DNA of 64,000 bases from a virus. Lineage: Duplodnaviria; Caudoviricetes. Location: positions 64,001-128,000 of IMG/VR virus record IMGVR_UViG_3300020577_009322, one strand, 5' to 3'. The position numbers and the translations under genes were made by a program. The notes beneath the pieces were generated by a model. The model had not been told where the DNA came from, searched no databases, and worked only from the letters and a program-made list of their open reading frames with translations. Shown here piece by piece: positions 29,083-38,339 of the stretch (position 1 is the stretch's first letter; each line of letters begins with the position of its first letter).

Positions 29083-31293
29083 ATGGAAAATTTTAGCTAT
29101 CACGTACCCTTTTATGTGGTTACTGGTGGAATCGACACAGCGGGACATTCATCAGAATTAACAGCTGGTCAAGTTGGTCTGTTTGACAGAGCAACATTTA
29201 GTGTAGCAACAGCTGCAGGAAACGGTAAAGAGCTGTTTTTTGCTCAGGGTGCTATTGGAGGTAAAGATTGGTATGGTCAACCTGTTACCGAATCTCATAA
29301 ATCTCCTTTCTTTTATGGTAAGGATGTTAGTAATATGTACTTATCCCTTCCACAAACTATTCAGAACGAAGAATGGGTTATTGGATTCAATGGTGCTGCG
29401 TCTTCTAAAAGCCTAAAATTTGAGAAAGGTAGAGCAACAAGAGTTAAATTCTTCTTCCACGGAAATCCTATTAATCGTTTCTTTGGAGGTCCAAAAGAGT
29501 ATGTAGTATCATATACACCATCTGAAGATTGTAGTGATCCTTGTGATGGTAATGATTGTCCAGAAGGAATTACTGACTGTCTAACTCATACACAAACATT
29601 AATAGATAGTATTAATACACACACAGAATTAAAGAAATTTGGCGTAACGGCTAAGTTGGTTAACACACCTTATTCTGCAGTAGCTACTAATATGACAAAA
29701 TGGTGTCTTAATGTATGTGATAATGGGGATGTGCAGGCACTTCAGGCTGTAAAAGCTCAGTATCCTTCTCTTTCTATTGTTAGAAAAAGTAGAGTTGGTT
29801 CAACATCAACTTATGAGTTTTGTCAACCAGATGCCCTGGCATGGGAACCAGCTGACTACCGTCAGTCAGGAAGTGTTTCTTTAGCAGTTTGTGGTGTGTG
29901 TCCAGCTGGATCTACATTAACTGCAGGGGCTGATACTTACTTTGTTGATAGAACTGTTACTCCATCTACTGATTTATCAACAGGTGGTGCACAGCAAACT
30001 TATGCTGATTCAGTGGGTACTGCTTATGAAGCAAGCTTAGCTGCTACAATTGCTACAGCTGATGTTAATACTACTACAGATGTTATTACAGAAACTGCTC
30101 ATAATTTTGTTACTGGTCAACCAGTTACTTATGATGATGGTGGTGGTGCTGCAATGACTGGATTAGTAGATAATGCTGTATACTACGTTATTAAATTAAC
30201 AGCAAATACATTTAAGGTAGCTACCACTTTAGCTAATGCTTTAGCTGGAACAGCAATTAATATCACAGGTACAGGTAATAATGCCCAGTCATTTACTCCA
30301 ATCATTACTGCTTCTTTTGTAGCATTAAATGGTTCAGTAGCTCGTGTTAAATTATCAATTGCTCAAGGAGCAACACTTAATACATTACTTGCTGATGAAG
30401 TAAACTTTGAACAATCAGTTGGTGCAACTTGTGTTTTTTCTGCCCCTTCTGATATTGCATGGGTAACTTGTGGAACTGGTATCTCTTCAGAGAGAACAAT
30501 GAAAATTGAAGCTCTTCAAAGAGAGGATTGTAATGGAGGTGATAGATTAGCTGATTTGACATCAATTTTATCAGGTGTTAAAGGAATTAAAATTAATACA
30601 TTAACTAAAATTGCTGGAACAAATTGTGCTGATGATTATACAGTTGTTCAGTCTTCAATTGACTGCTTAGCAGAAGATTGTTTGACAAACAATGTAACTT
30701 TTACTTATGATGAGTTACCAGCATTTGAAAGCAAATATTGGAAACTAGTTCCTCCAGCAGTATCTGCAGATCCTACAAGAAAATGTGGTATTCGTGTTAC
30801 AGCTGGTTATATTGATCCTCAATTTGGTAATTGTTCATTCCAACCAGATGATTTCTATGAAACTGAACCAATTAAAATGGAAGTTTCATTACTTGGTGAG
30901 AATGATAGCAATTGTGATGTAGCTAACTGGCCTTCAGTTCAACAGACAAGAGTTGGTAGAACAGCAAGACAATCAGGTGAATGGGTAGTAAGAGAAGTTA
31001 TCATGAAAACTGATGCCTATCTTAAACACATTAATCAATATTCTTCTGATCCAAGAATGAGAGAAGCATTTGATCAGAATTTGTTAGGAATGGTTGATAG
31101 AAAAGCTTTTTATAAACTATACTATATTACTTATTCTGCTAGTTATGGTCACTCTTTCAGAAAAAATGAGCAAGAGAAGTTTACTACTATCTTTGCTTTC
31201 AAAGAAACAGATCCAACCGTTGCTAGTTTTGAAACTAACATCATTGATGTTCTTACTGGAAAATCTGGTGTAGTTCTTCACGTAAACAGTTAA
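29083..31293 (+). CDS. Virion structural (auxiliary capsid-like) protein with an inserted beta domain
   Basis: Synteny; Cys-rich; inserted AHNFVTGQPVTY...YYVIKLTANTFKVA module. Confidence 0.6.
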   Translation: MENFSYHVPFYVVTGGIDTAGHSSELTAGQVGLFDRATFSVATAAGNGKELFFAQGAIGGKDWYGQPVTESHKSPFFYGKDVSNMYLSLPQTIQNEEWVIGFNGAASSKSLKFEKGRATRVKFFFHGNPINRFFGGPKEYVVSYTPSEDCSDPCDGNDCPEGITDCLTHTQTLIDSINTHTELKKFGVTAKLVNTPYSAVATNMTKWCLNVCDNGDVQALQAVKAQYPSLSIVRKSRVGSTSTYEFCQPDALAWEPADYRQSGSVSLAVCGVCPAGSTLTAGADTYFVDRTVTPSTDLSTGGAQQTYADSVGTAYEASLAATIATADVNTTTDVITETAHNFVTGQPVTYDDGGGAAMTGLVDNAVYYVIKLTANTFKVATTLANALAGTAINITGTGNNAQSFTPIITASFVALNGSVARVKLSIAQGATLNTLLADEVNFEQSVGATCVFSAPSDIAWVTCGTGISSERTMKIEALQREDCNGGDRLADLTSILSGVKGIKINTLTKIAGTNCADDYTVVQSSIDCLAEDCLTNNVTFTYDELPAFESKYWKLVPPAVSADPTRKCGIRVTAGYIDPQFGNCSFQPDDFYETEPIKMEVSLLGENDSNCDVANWPSVQQTRVGRTARQSGEWVVREVIMKTDAYLKHINQYSSDPRMREAFDQNLLGMVDRKAFYKLYYITYSASYGHSFRKNEQEKFTTIFAFKETDPTVASFETNIIDVLTGKSGVVLHVNS

Positions 31294-31316
31294 TATCTAA
31301 AATAAAGAAAAGGTTG

Positions 31317-31348
31317 AGCGTGGTAGGCAGTAGTCTGCCACGCTTTTT
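31317..31348 (+). terminator. Intrinsic terminator
   Basis: agcgtggtaggc-agta-gtctgccacgct-tttt. Confidence 0.85.
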
Positions 31349-31397
31349 AATTTAGAGAATTATTTTAATTTATCATATTTTTTAACTATATTCTACT

Positions 31398-31961
31398 GTG
31401 AATAGAACTGAATTAAATTTAGATGTAGCTAAATCTTTTAATCTTAAGATTATGAGATTAGTAGATACATCTAATTATTTTGATGGAGAAGAAATAGATA
31501 ACTATTTAATAGAAGTTTTACCAGTAAACAGATCAAAATGGGTAACTTTTAATGTTGCAAAAGATTTTTCACTAGTATTAAATTCTTCTAACTTAGGATA
31601 TCAAAAAGTAGATAAAAGCATAGGATTAGCTGATTTACCAGATGGAATATATGAAATAAAACAATCATATAAACCAAATAGTCAAACGGTTGGTCACTAT
31701 TATCATTTACGTACATCTTCATTAATTCTTAAATATATAGAAGTATTAGGAGAACATTTTTCAGAACAATGTGCCAAGGATAAAAGAACATATAGAGAGG
31801 AAGAAGATTTATTAGTATCTATTAGACAATATATAGAAGCTGCGGAATATATGGTTAGTGAAAAGTTAGATAAAGATTCTGGAATCAAATTTTATAATCA
31901 GGCAGTAGATTTAATAAAAAAACTAGAAGATGACTGTGGATGTAGACCTGTTAAAAGATAG
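31398..31961 (+). CDS. Putative structural protein
   Basis: LPDGIYEIK motif; C-terminal CGC. Confidence 0.6.
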   Translation: MNRTELNLDVAKSFNLKIMRLVDTSNYFDGEEIDNYLIEVLPVNRSKWVTFNVAKDFSLVLNSSNLGYQKVDKSIGLADLPDGIYEIKQSYKPNSQTVGHYYHLRTSSLILKYIEVLGEHFSEQCAKDKRTYREEEDLLVSIRQYIEAAEYMVSEKLDKDSGIKFYNQAVDLIKKLEDDCGCRPVKR

Positions 31962-32157
31962 ATTTGTCACTGAAATGGCAAATAAATATAATCAAGAGAT
32001 GTTTTTTATTGAAAGTTGCTTAAAGCACTCATCTCATGCAGATAACTCATTACGTATATTCTTTGAGGAAAATAATAAGATGATATCTTGTGGAAAAGAA
32101 ATAAAATTCTATGATAAATGTCATCCACAGAAATTAACTCTTAATAAAATCCACTAA
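31930..32157 (+). CDS. Hypothetical protein
   Basis: Overlapping operon. Confidence 0.55.
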   Translation: MTVDVDLLKDRFVTEMANKYNQEMFFIESCLKHSSHADNSLRIFFEENNKMISCGKEIKFYDKCHPQKLTLNKIH

Positions 32158-32173
32158 GAGAAAAAAGTATTAA

Positions 32174-33385
32174 ATGAAAAAACTACAAAATTGTATTGTT
32201 GAAAACTGTATACCTACACCAACTTCTTGTAATGAATGGAATGGTGGAGAGATAACATATCTTGGTATATGTAATGGAGACTCTTTAAATAATGTAGTTT
32301 GGGAAATAGTTACTAAGCTACAAGCAATAGCAGGAGACGATTTATCTCAATTTGATTTAGATAGTTTACTTACAATATGTAATCAGCAAGCTCCATTAGA
32401 AGTTAATTTGATTAGTATTCTTAATTTGCTTAAGAACAATCAAATATGTCTTAAGGATTACATTGATACATTAAATGAAAAATTATCTGAATTATCAGGA
32501 GCAGGATCTGTTAATGTTAACTTAAAATGTTTTGCTGATTTTGATAATCTAGGTAATTCTCTATCAATAAATAGAGAGCAATTAGATCAGTTAGTTATTA
32601 ATGCATTATGTGACAATAAAGATCGTATAGAAACATTAGAGGGAAAAGTAATATTATTACAAAAAGAGATAGATGATATTGAAAATAATACAACAATAGA
32701 TGAATTATCTTTTGCTACTTGTATAGATCCAGGAATTAAGCCAACATCTTCTCAAGTTATAATTACAGCTCAAGAAGTCTGTGATTTAGAAACTGCTACA
32801 GGTATACCTACTGATATAGCTTCCGCATTATCTAAAACTGCAACTGATCTTAATCCTGAATTTGGATTAATACCTGGTTGGAATTTAACTCCATCAAATT
32901 GGGCACAGAATTATGGTAATCTTCTATTAGAAGTAGAAGCCTTAAGAAAGCGTCTTATTTTTATGGAGACTAACTGTTGTGCTATTACTTGTGATGATGT
33001 TAAGATTGGATTTACTGCAGTATTTAATGATGATATGACTAGTGTAATAATCAAATTTACTTCAGGTGCAGGAACAAATATACCTTCTGGATTCTTAGAT
33101 ATTGGCTCTACAATAACAATAACAGATGAACAGGGTAATATAGAAGAATTTAATACAGCTGCTCCAGATTTAATTGCTAATAATGCACAAATAGAAGTTC
33201 CAATATCTACATTGATGACAACAGGAGATGTTAATATAAATATTCAAAGTAATATAAGTAATGGTACACTAACATGTAGCAAATGTTCTAATAAGACTAT
33301 AAAGAGACCTTCTTGCTCATTCTGTATATTAACTGCAACAGATACTGTAACAGTTGTTTATAAGGTTTGTACTATAAATTCATAA
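32174..33385 (+). CDS. Cys-rich putative tail/fibre protein
   Basis: Coiled coils plus Cys clusters. Confidence 0.55.
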   Translation: MKKLQNCIVENCIPTPTSCNEWNGGEITYLGICNGDSLNNVVWEIVTKLQAIAGDDLSQFDLDSLLTICNQQAPLEVNLISILNLLKNNQICLKDYIDTLNEKLSELSGAGSVNVNLKCFADFDNLGNSLSINREQLDQLVINALCDNKDRIETLEGKVILLQKEIDDIENNTTIDELSFATCIDPGIKPTSSQVIITAQEVCDLETATGIPTDIASALSKTATDLNPEFGLIPGWNLTPSNWAQNYGNLLLEVEALRKRLIFMETNCCAITCDDVKIGFTAVFNDDMTSVIIKFTSGAGTNIPSGFLDIGSTITITDEQGNIEEFNTAAPDLIANNAQIEVPISTLMTTGDVNINIQSNISNGTLTCSKCSNKTIKRPSCSFCILTATDTVTVVYKVCTINS

Positions 33386-33394
33386 AATAATAAT

Positions 33395-34054
33395 ATGGCA
33401 TCATTACCAAAATGTATATATAAAACAATAGTATTATCTGCAGGTGAGACGTTTGTACTACCGCCTGGTGCGGAGGTAGTAAGTGTATCAAATAGTTCAG
33501 CAATATCGTCAAGTTGTCCTGGAGATTTACCTGAAGTAGCAATAAAATGCTATAGAATTAGATGGGTAGTAAATAAAGATCCGGAAGGAAGAATTACCTA
33601 TATTAGTCCTTTTTTAGGACCACAGGGAATTAGTATACCTAATACAAATAATGCTTGGGAAGATGATGATGATGATAGTTTACCAATAATAATTAACAAG
33701 GTTTATGTTGGTGGACAATTAGTTGATGCGGGATCTATAAATTGTAGAGATCTTGCTTCATTAGAAAGTGTAATTCATGGATCTAGTGGAGGTGGAGCAA
33801 TAACTGAAAGAAAATATTTAACAGGAACTCAATTGGGTGCTCTAACAGTAGCGGAAACAGTCAGTTGGGGAAGTCGTTGGAAATCAGGTTATGTATGGTT
33901 TGAAATATACTTTAAGGCACCTGAAGAAATAGGAAAACAGGTATATTTAGAATTAGGTGGAGGTAATGGAAATATAGCAGACATACCTCGTTTGTTTGCA
34001 GCTGAAATTGATTGTACCGCATATCCAACAACAACAGTAGTAACTAGTTGTTAA
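33395..34054 (+). CDS. Putative structural protein
   Basis: Beta-rich ORF in the structural operon. Confidence 0.55.
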   Translation: MASLPKCIYKTIVLSAGETFVLPPGAEVVSVSNSSAISSSCPGDLPEVAIKCYRIRWVVNKDPEGRITYISPFLGPQGISIPNTNNAWEDDDDDSLPIIINKVYVGGQLVDAGSINCRDLASLESVIHGSSGGGAITERKYLTGTQLGALTVAETVSWGSRWKSGYVWFEIYFKAPEEIGKQVYLELGGGNGNIADIPRLFAAEIDCTAYPTTTVVTSC

Positions 34055-34069
34055 AAATAAAATAATAAT

Positions 34070-34651
34070 ATGGCAGCTTGTTTAATAACAACAGGAGGGA
34101 CTTCAGGAACTTTAAGAATTGACTATAAATTAGGATCTGATAGTAATACTATCTTCTCAAATTATGGTGATATAATATATATTGATGATTCTGCTACAGA
34201 TATAACATACACACGATTAAGTGGAGATGTTACTGCAGCTTCTGGATGTGTAACAATAACTGCACGTCCACAAACATGTTATAAGTTTATATATGATACA
34301 GTTGATGGAACATCACTTCCAACCGATTCTACTATAGACGCTATAGTAGTTGGTACAACATATACATTCACAGAAGCTTCATACAGATTGTCTGGAACAG
34401 AGGCTATTATCTATGGTATAAATACCGAATTAAATAATGATAATATAAAAGTTACAGCAATCAAAGTTGATCAATTAACAGAACCATACTTTAATGTTTC
34501 TCTTATAGTAAAAATTATCGGGACAGATATTCCACGACTAAGAATTGTAACAACAAATGGTAATTATGTTTATCTAATTGGAACAGTATCGGTAGATTGT
34601 GTACCGAGTGGATATATTGATTTAAACACTTCCTCTATACCAGTAATTTAA
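34070..34651 (+). CDS. Putative structural protein
   Basis: Thr-rich beta ORF. Confidence 0.55.
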   Translation: MAACLITTGGTSGTLRIDYKLGSDSNTIFSNYGDIIYIDDSATDITYTRLSGDVTAASGCVTITARPQTCYKFIYDTVDGTSLPTDSTIDAIVVGTTYTFTEASYRLSGTEAIIYGINTELNNDNIKVTAIKVDQLTEPYFNVSLIVKIIGTDIPRLRIVTTNGNYVYLIGTVSVDCVPSGYIDLNTSSIPVI

Positions 34652-34662
34652 AAAAATAAAAT

Positions 34663-35634
34663 ATGCCTTGTAATACAACACCTTGTGATGATAAATGTTT
34701 ACCTTATAATCCATGTTATGATGATTGTGGTTGTTTAAACCCAACTACTTTTGAGTGTGTAACAAAACCTGGAACATGGCCTGCATTAGGAATTACTAAT
34801 GATATGAATGGGGTAGAGGCTTTAGAAGCCTTAAATACCGTTATTAATAATTTAACTATAACCCCGCCATCTCCTGGATCAGACGTTTATGTTAAAGCTA
34901 CATCTGCAGATACAACTGCAAACTACCTTTCTAGTAAGTTAGTAGTTGGAGCATTTTTAACAAAAACAATAGTAAATCCGTCAGGAAATGAACAAATTCG
35001 TCTGAATGTTTCACCTGCAGCCTTGGTTTCTTCTGATTCTGGAAATATTCTAGATATAGGAACTGATGGAAAATTACGTGCTATAGTTACTGTTCCTTTA
35101 CCTGATATTTCAGTAGTTGGAGGAAGTGGTGTAACTGTTACAGGAACAGGTCCATCATCAGATCCTTTTGTTGTATCAATAAATCCATCAATAGAAGTAG
35201 TAAGAAATTGCTTTGATAATGTATGGAGAGATGTTACATTAGTTGCTACAGGAAATGCTAATGTTGTTTATGTTAGTGGAATTCCAAAATATCGTTATCG
35301 TTTTGATGGAACAATAGAATTTAAAGGATCAGCAACTTATACTGTAGCTTTTGGAGCATATTCTACAGGAAATAGAAAATATACAATAACAATTGGGAAT
35401 ATTCCAACAACATGTGTAACATCAGGTGAGCAAGCGGGAGTATCTGACCTGAAGAATATCAATTATATAGATGTACCACAAGCTGGTGCAGATCAAATAA
35501 CGCAACAATATGGGTATATTATTAGAAAATCAACAGCCAATCTAATAGTAGAATTTCAGTCTTCTTTTACCTCATCAACAAGTAAAACAATTGTTGTTAA
35601 CTTCGAGGGAGCTATATCATACCCATCTCTTTAA
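34663..35634 (+). CDS. Putative tail fibre protein
   Basis: Cys-rich N-terminus; fibre-type segments. Confidence 0.6.
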   Translation: MPCNTTPCDDKCLPYNPCYDDCGCLNPTTFECVTKPGTWPALGITNDMNGVEALEALNTVINNLTITPPSPGSDVYVKATSADTTANYLSSKLVVGAFLTKTIVNPSGNEQIRLNVSPAALVSSDSGNILDIGTDGKLRAIVTVPLPDISVVGGSGVTVTGTGPSSDPFVVSINPSIEVVRNCFDNVWRDVTLVATGNANVVYVSGIPKYRYRFDGTIEFKGSATYTVAFGAYSTGNRKYTITIGNIPTTCVTSGEQAGVSDLKNINYIDVPQAGADQITQQYGYIIRKSTANLIVEFQSSFTSSTSKTIVVNFEGAISYPSL

Positions 35635-35670
35635 AAACTCGTGGTTAGTTGGTTCTCCACAAAATGAGTT

Positions 35671-35697
35671 AACGATCCGTTTCTACGGGTCGTTTTT
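35671..35697 (+). terminator. Intrinsic terminator ending the structural operon
   Basis: aacgatccgt-ttct-acgggtcgtt-ttt. Confidence 0.8.
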
Positions 35698-35710
35698 ACT
35701 TTAAAATAAA

Positions 35711-35742
35711 TTTGGTAAATTAAAAATAAAATCGTATATTTG
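35711..35742 (+). promoter_or_regulatory. Bacteroidota-type promoter for tRNA block 1
   Basis: TTTG-N20-TATATTTG. Confidence 0.8.
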
Positions 35743-35746
35743 CACT

Positions 35747-35824
35747 ATGAAAGCAGTAGAAAAATTGTATGGCTGCGGTTGTGGTAAACCAAAACCAGTA
35801 GTGGTTAAACCACCTTCAAGATAA
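35747..35824 (+). CDS. Micropeptide MKAVEKLYGCGCGKPKPVVVKPPSR
   Basis: Directly after the promoter. Confidence 0.45.
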   Translation: MKAVEKLYGCGCGKPKPVVVKPPSR

Positions 35825-35835
35825 AAATAAAAACT

Positions 35836-35922
35836 ATGATAACAGTAAATCATGCATGGCCCATCTTTACGCAATGTCCAACAGGACAATGTGAGGGACT
35901 GTGTACGTGTATTAAGAATTAA
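35836..35922 (+). CDS. Attenuator leader peptide 1 (MITVNHAWPIFTQCPTGQCEGLCTCIKN)
   Basis: H/W/P/F/T/Q/C codons match downstream tRNAs; contains the antiterminator strand. Confidence 0.75.
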   Translation: MITVNHAWPIFTQCPTGQCEGLCTCIKN

Positions 35923-35942
35923 CTCTTAACCACAACCGAACT

Positions 35943-35970
35943 AACCCCTCCATAAAAAGAGGGGTTTTTT
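35943..35970 (+). terminator. Attenuator terminator 1
   Basis: aacccctc/gaggggtt plus T-run, 5 nt before tRNA-Pro. Confidence 0.85.
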
Positions 35971-35975
35971 ATTAT

Positions 35976-36050
35976 CTAGATGTTCCACAGTTGGTTATAT
36001 GGGCTTGCCCTGGAAGCAAGTGTTCGTCAGTTCGAATCTGACCATCTAGA
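35976..36050 (+). tRNA. trnP: tRNA-Pro(UGG)
   Basis: cttgc-ccTGGaa-gcaag; cloverleaf. Confidence 0.85.
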
Positions 36051-36053
36051 CAT

Positions 36054-36125
36054 GCTTTCTTAATAGTAATGGTAGCTACTCTGTTTTGTAATCAGAAAGT
36101 GTCAGTTCGAGTCTGACAGAAAGCT
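36054..36125 (+). tRNA. trnT: tRNA-Thr(UGU)
   Basis: tctgt-ttTGTaa-tcaga. Confidence 0.8.
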
Positions 36126-36133
36126 CTTAACTT

Positions 36134-36205
36134 GGTCCTTTGGGTGAGTGGTTTAACTATTAGTCTGCAAAACTAATTACAGCAGTTCGAATCTGCTAGG
36201 GACCT
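36134..36205 (+). tRNA. trnC: tRNA-Cys(GCA)
   Basis: ttagt-ctGCAaa-actaa. Confidence 0.9.
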
Positions 36206-36274
36206 CAAAGGCTTGTCCTTGAAACAACCTTCCCGTGGAGGGAACTGTAAGACAGTTTAAATAAGAGGATAGCT

Positions 36275-36346
36275 GGAAATATAACTCAGTTGGTAGAGTG
36301 CCAGATTGAAGATCTGGTTGCATCAGTTCGATTCTGATTATTTCCA
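36275..36346 (+). tRNA. trnF: tRNA-Phe(GAA)
   Basis: ccaga-ttGAAga-tctgg. Confidence 0.9.
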
Positions 36347-36351
36347 CATAT

Positions 36352-36423
36352 ACGTGTGTAGTGTAGTTGGTAACACAGCAGTCTCCAAAACTGTATTCAC
36401 CTGTTCGAATCGGGTCATACGTG
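36352..36423 (+). tRNA. trnW: tRNA-Trp(CCA)
   Basis: gcagt-ctCCAaa-actgt. Confidence 0.9.
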
Positions 36424-36428
36424 CTTAT

Positions 36429-36499
36429 TTTCTTGTAGTGTAATGGTAACACATGAGATTTTGGCTCTCATATTTTAGGTTCGAGTCCTAACAAGAAAA
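36429..36499 (+). tRNA. trnQ: tRNA-Gln(UUG)
   Basis: tgaga-ttTTGgc-tctca. Confidence 0.9.
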
Positions 36500-36501
36500 C
36501 T

Positions 36502-36575
36502 GGTGATTATAGCATAATGGTAGTGCAAAAGTTTGTGAAGCTTACAGGTGGGAGTTCGAATCTCCTTAGTCACCC
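36502..36575 (+). tRNA. trnH: tRNA-His(GUG)
   Basis: aaagt-ttGTGaa-gctta; G-1. Confidence 0.85.
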
Positions 36576-36581
36576 TTATAA

Positions 36582-36657
36582 ACTCCGTTAGCTAAACTGG
36601 ATACGGCACCAGAATACGAATCTGGAGATTTTGAGGGTTCGAATCCTTCACGGAGTA
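36582..36657 (+). tRNA. trnR: tRNA-Arg(ACG)
   Basis: ccaga-atACGaa-tctgg. Confidence 0.9.
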
Positions 36658-36952
36658 CAATTTTAAATAATAATTTTCCTAAAATAAAATATATACTATA
36701 TCTTTGTTCTATGATAGGAAAAATAATAAAATCAGATATGAAATCTAGGATCAGTTATAATATAACTGGTTTAGATAAGGGAATATTATTTGTTAATAAA
36801 AATACATCATCATTATCTCCAGATGGATATGAAGGAAAATGTCCACAAGGGGAACTATTTAACAATAATGGAAATAGTTGGAGATCGAGTTGTTGATAGA
36901 GGGAGACTTTCTATAGAAGTAGATGAGAATGGATATGTTACTATAAAATAAA

Positions 36953-36984
36953 TTTGGTAATTGTTAAAAATAGTTGTATATTTG
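36953..36984 (+). promoter_or_regulatory. Bacteroidota-type promoter upstream of tRNA block 2
   Basis: TTTG-N20-TATATTTG. Confidence 0.8.
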
Positions 36985-37027
36985 TGCTGCACTGACCAAG
37001 TAGGCGTGTTACTAAAAATATACAAAC

Positions 37028-37333
37028 ATGAAGAGTACAATTAGAGTGGACTTTCAGGGTCCGGAGACATCGTCTCAAAATGGTTTTGAACCAGTTATTA
37101 GAGTAAATTTAGTAGAAAGTGATGACACACGAGATAAGTTACTAAAGACATTCTTTCAGTCATTAGGTGGAGAAAGTTCCTGGCTACATGTAAAACATGT
37201 AAAAATTGATCAATCGTGTCATTCTGGATTAATTAATGATAGTATAGTAATTACTCCAGTAAAAGAGGCTGATATTGAGAACTTGAAGAAAGAGATAGAA
37301 GATAGAATAAATGATAAGAGAAATATTTTTTAA
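37028..37333 (+). CDS. Hypothetical protein
   Basis: ORF track, after the promoter. Confidence 0.7.
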   Translation: MKSTIRVDFQGPETSSQNGFEPVIRVNLVESDDTRDKLLKTFFQSLGGESSWLHVKHVKIDQSCHSGLINDSIVITPVKEADIENLKKEIEDRINDKRNIF

Positions 37334-37350
37334 ACCTTAAATATAATAAT

Positions 37351-37461
37351 ATGATAATAGGATTAATTATTAGTGGAGTAGTGGGTTTCATAGTTGGAGC
37401 CTTGGTATTTAGAAATAATGCTAAAAAGGGAGAAGAAATTATTGATAATCTTAAAAAGTAA
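37351..37461 (+). CDS. Small single-TM protein MIIGLIISGVVGFIVGALVFRNNAKKGEEIIDNLKK
   Basis: Manual translation. Confidence 0.65.
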   Translation: MIIGLIISGVVGFIVGALVFRNNAKKGEEIIDNLKK

Positions 37462-37473
37462 TAAAGACAACTA

Positions 37474-37542
37474 ATGCAACAATTTTATATGATAGTTAGA
37501 AATATTTTAGGGGCGGATGAAAAATCTGGCTCTAGGGAATAA
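37474..37542 (+). CDS. Attenuator leader peptide 2 (MQQFYMIVRNILGADEKSGSRE)
   Basis: Run M-I(ATA)-V-R(AGA)-N-I(ATT)-L-G-A-D-E-K matches block 2 tRNAs; 3' end holds the antiterminator gctctaggg. Confidence 0.8.
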   Translation: MQQFYMIVRNILGADEKSGSRE

Positions 37543-37567
37543 TTTTACTATCTTATAATAGAAAGTT

Positions 37568-37604
37568 AACCCTGGAGCATATTAAGCTTCAGGGTTTTTC
37601 TTTT
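37568..37604 (+). terminator. Attenuator terminator 2
   Basis: aaccctggagc-atattaa-gcttcagggtt plus T-run, just before tRNA-Lys. Confidence 0.88.
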
Positions 37605-37609
37605 AAAAT

Positions 37610-37684
37610 ACCTTCGTAGCAAAATGTGGCTTTGCTCCTGACTTTTAATCAGAACAAAAATGGGTTCGACTTCCTTCGAAGGTA
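37610..37684 (+). tRNA. trnK: tRNA-Lys(UUU)
   Basis: cctga-ctTTTaa-tcaga. Confidence 0.8.
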
Positions 37685-37687
37685 CTT

Positions 37688-37762
37688 GGGATCTTAGCAA
37701 AAATGATATTTCTTCAGCCTCTTAAGCTGAATAAAAGTAGAGTTCGATTCTCACAGATCCCA
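37688..37762 (+). tRNA. trnK: tRNA-Lys(CUU)
   Basis: tcagc-ctCTTaa-gctga; atypical D-arm. Confidence 0.75.
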
Positions 37763-37772
37763 CATAAGTATA

Positions 37773-37804
37773 TTTGGTGGTTCGAAAATTATTTCGTATA
37801 TTTG
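37773..37804 (+). promoter_or_regulatory. Bacteroidota-type promoter of the HNH gene
   Basis: TTTG-N20-TATATTTG. Confidence 0.75.
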
Positions 37805-37808
37805 ATAT

Positions 37809-38339
37809 ATGAAAGAAAGAATAGAACAATTAAGAAAAGAAGGAAAAAGTTATAGTGAAATATCAAAGATAACTGGATTAGTCAAATCTACAATATCATA
37901 CTATGTAGGAAATAGAACTGGAAAAGGTAAGCTAACAGCTGAAAAAAGAAATTGTAGAAATTGTGAAAAAGAAATCAGTTCTCCAAAAGTTTTCTGTGAT
38001 AAAAAATGTGATTTTGAATATAAACAGAAACTTAGGTTAGATAAATTTGAAAAAAGCAATTTGTGTACAAATAATTCTATTAGAAAAGCACTTATTTCTA
38101 TAAATGGAAATAAATGCAGTATTTGTGAAATCTCTGAAATATGGAATGATAGGAAATTAACTATGCATGTAGATCATATTGATGGAAATTCTGATAATAA
38201 TGATAATAAAAATGTTAGATTAGTATGTCCTAATTGTCATTCTCAACTAGAAACATCTAAAAATAAAGTTAAAAAACAAACAAAAAGAAATAAATACTTA
38301 AGAAAATACAAAGGTTATATAGATGCCCCTGTCGTATAG
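37809..38339 (+). CDS. HNH homing endonuclease with N-terminal HTH, inserted in the tRNA array
   Basis: HVDHIDGN..N...NVRLVCPNCHSQ. Confidence 0.9.
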   Translation: MKERIEQLRKEGKSYSEISKITGLVKSTISYYVGNRTGKGKLTAEKRNCRNCEKEISSPKVFCDKKCDFEYKQKLRLDKFEKSNLCTNNSIRKALISINGNKCSICEISEIWNDRKLTMHVDHIDGNSDNNDNKNVRLVCPNCHSQLETSKNKVKKQTKRNKYLRKYKGYIDAPVV

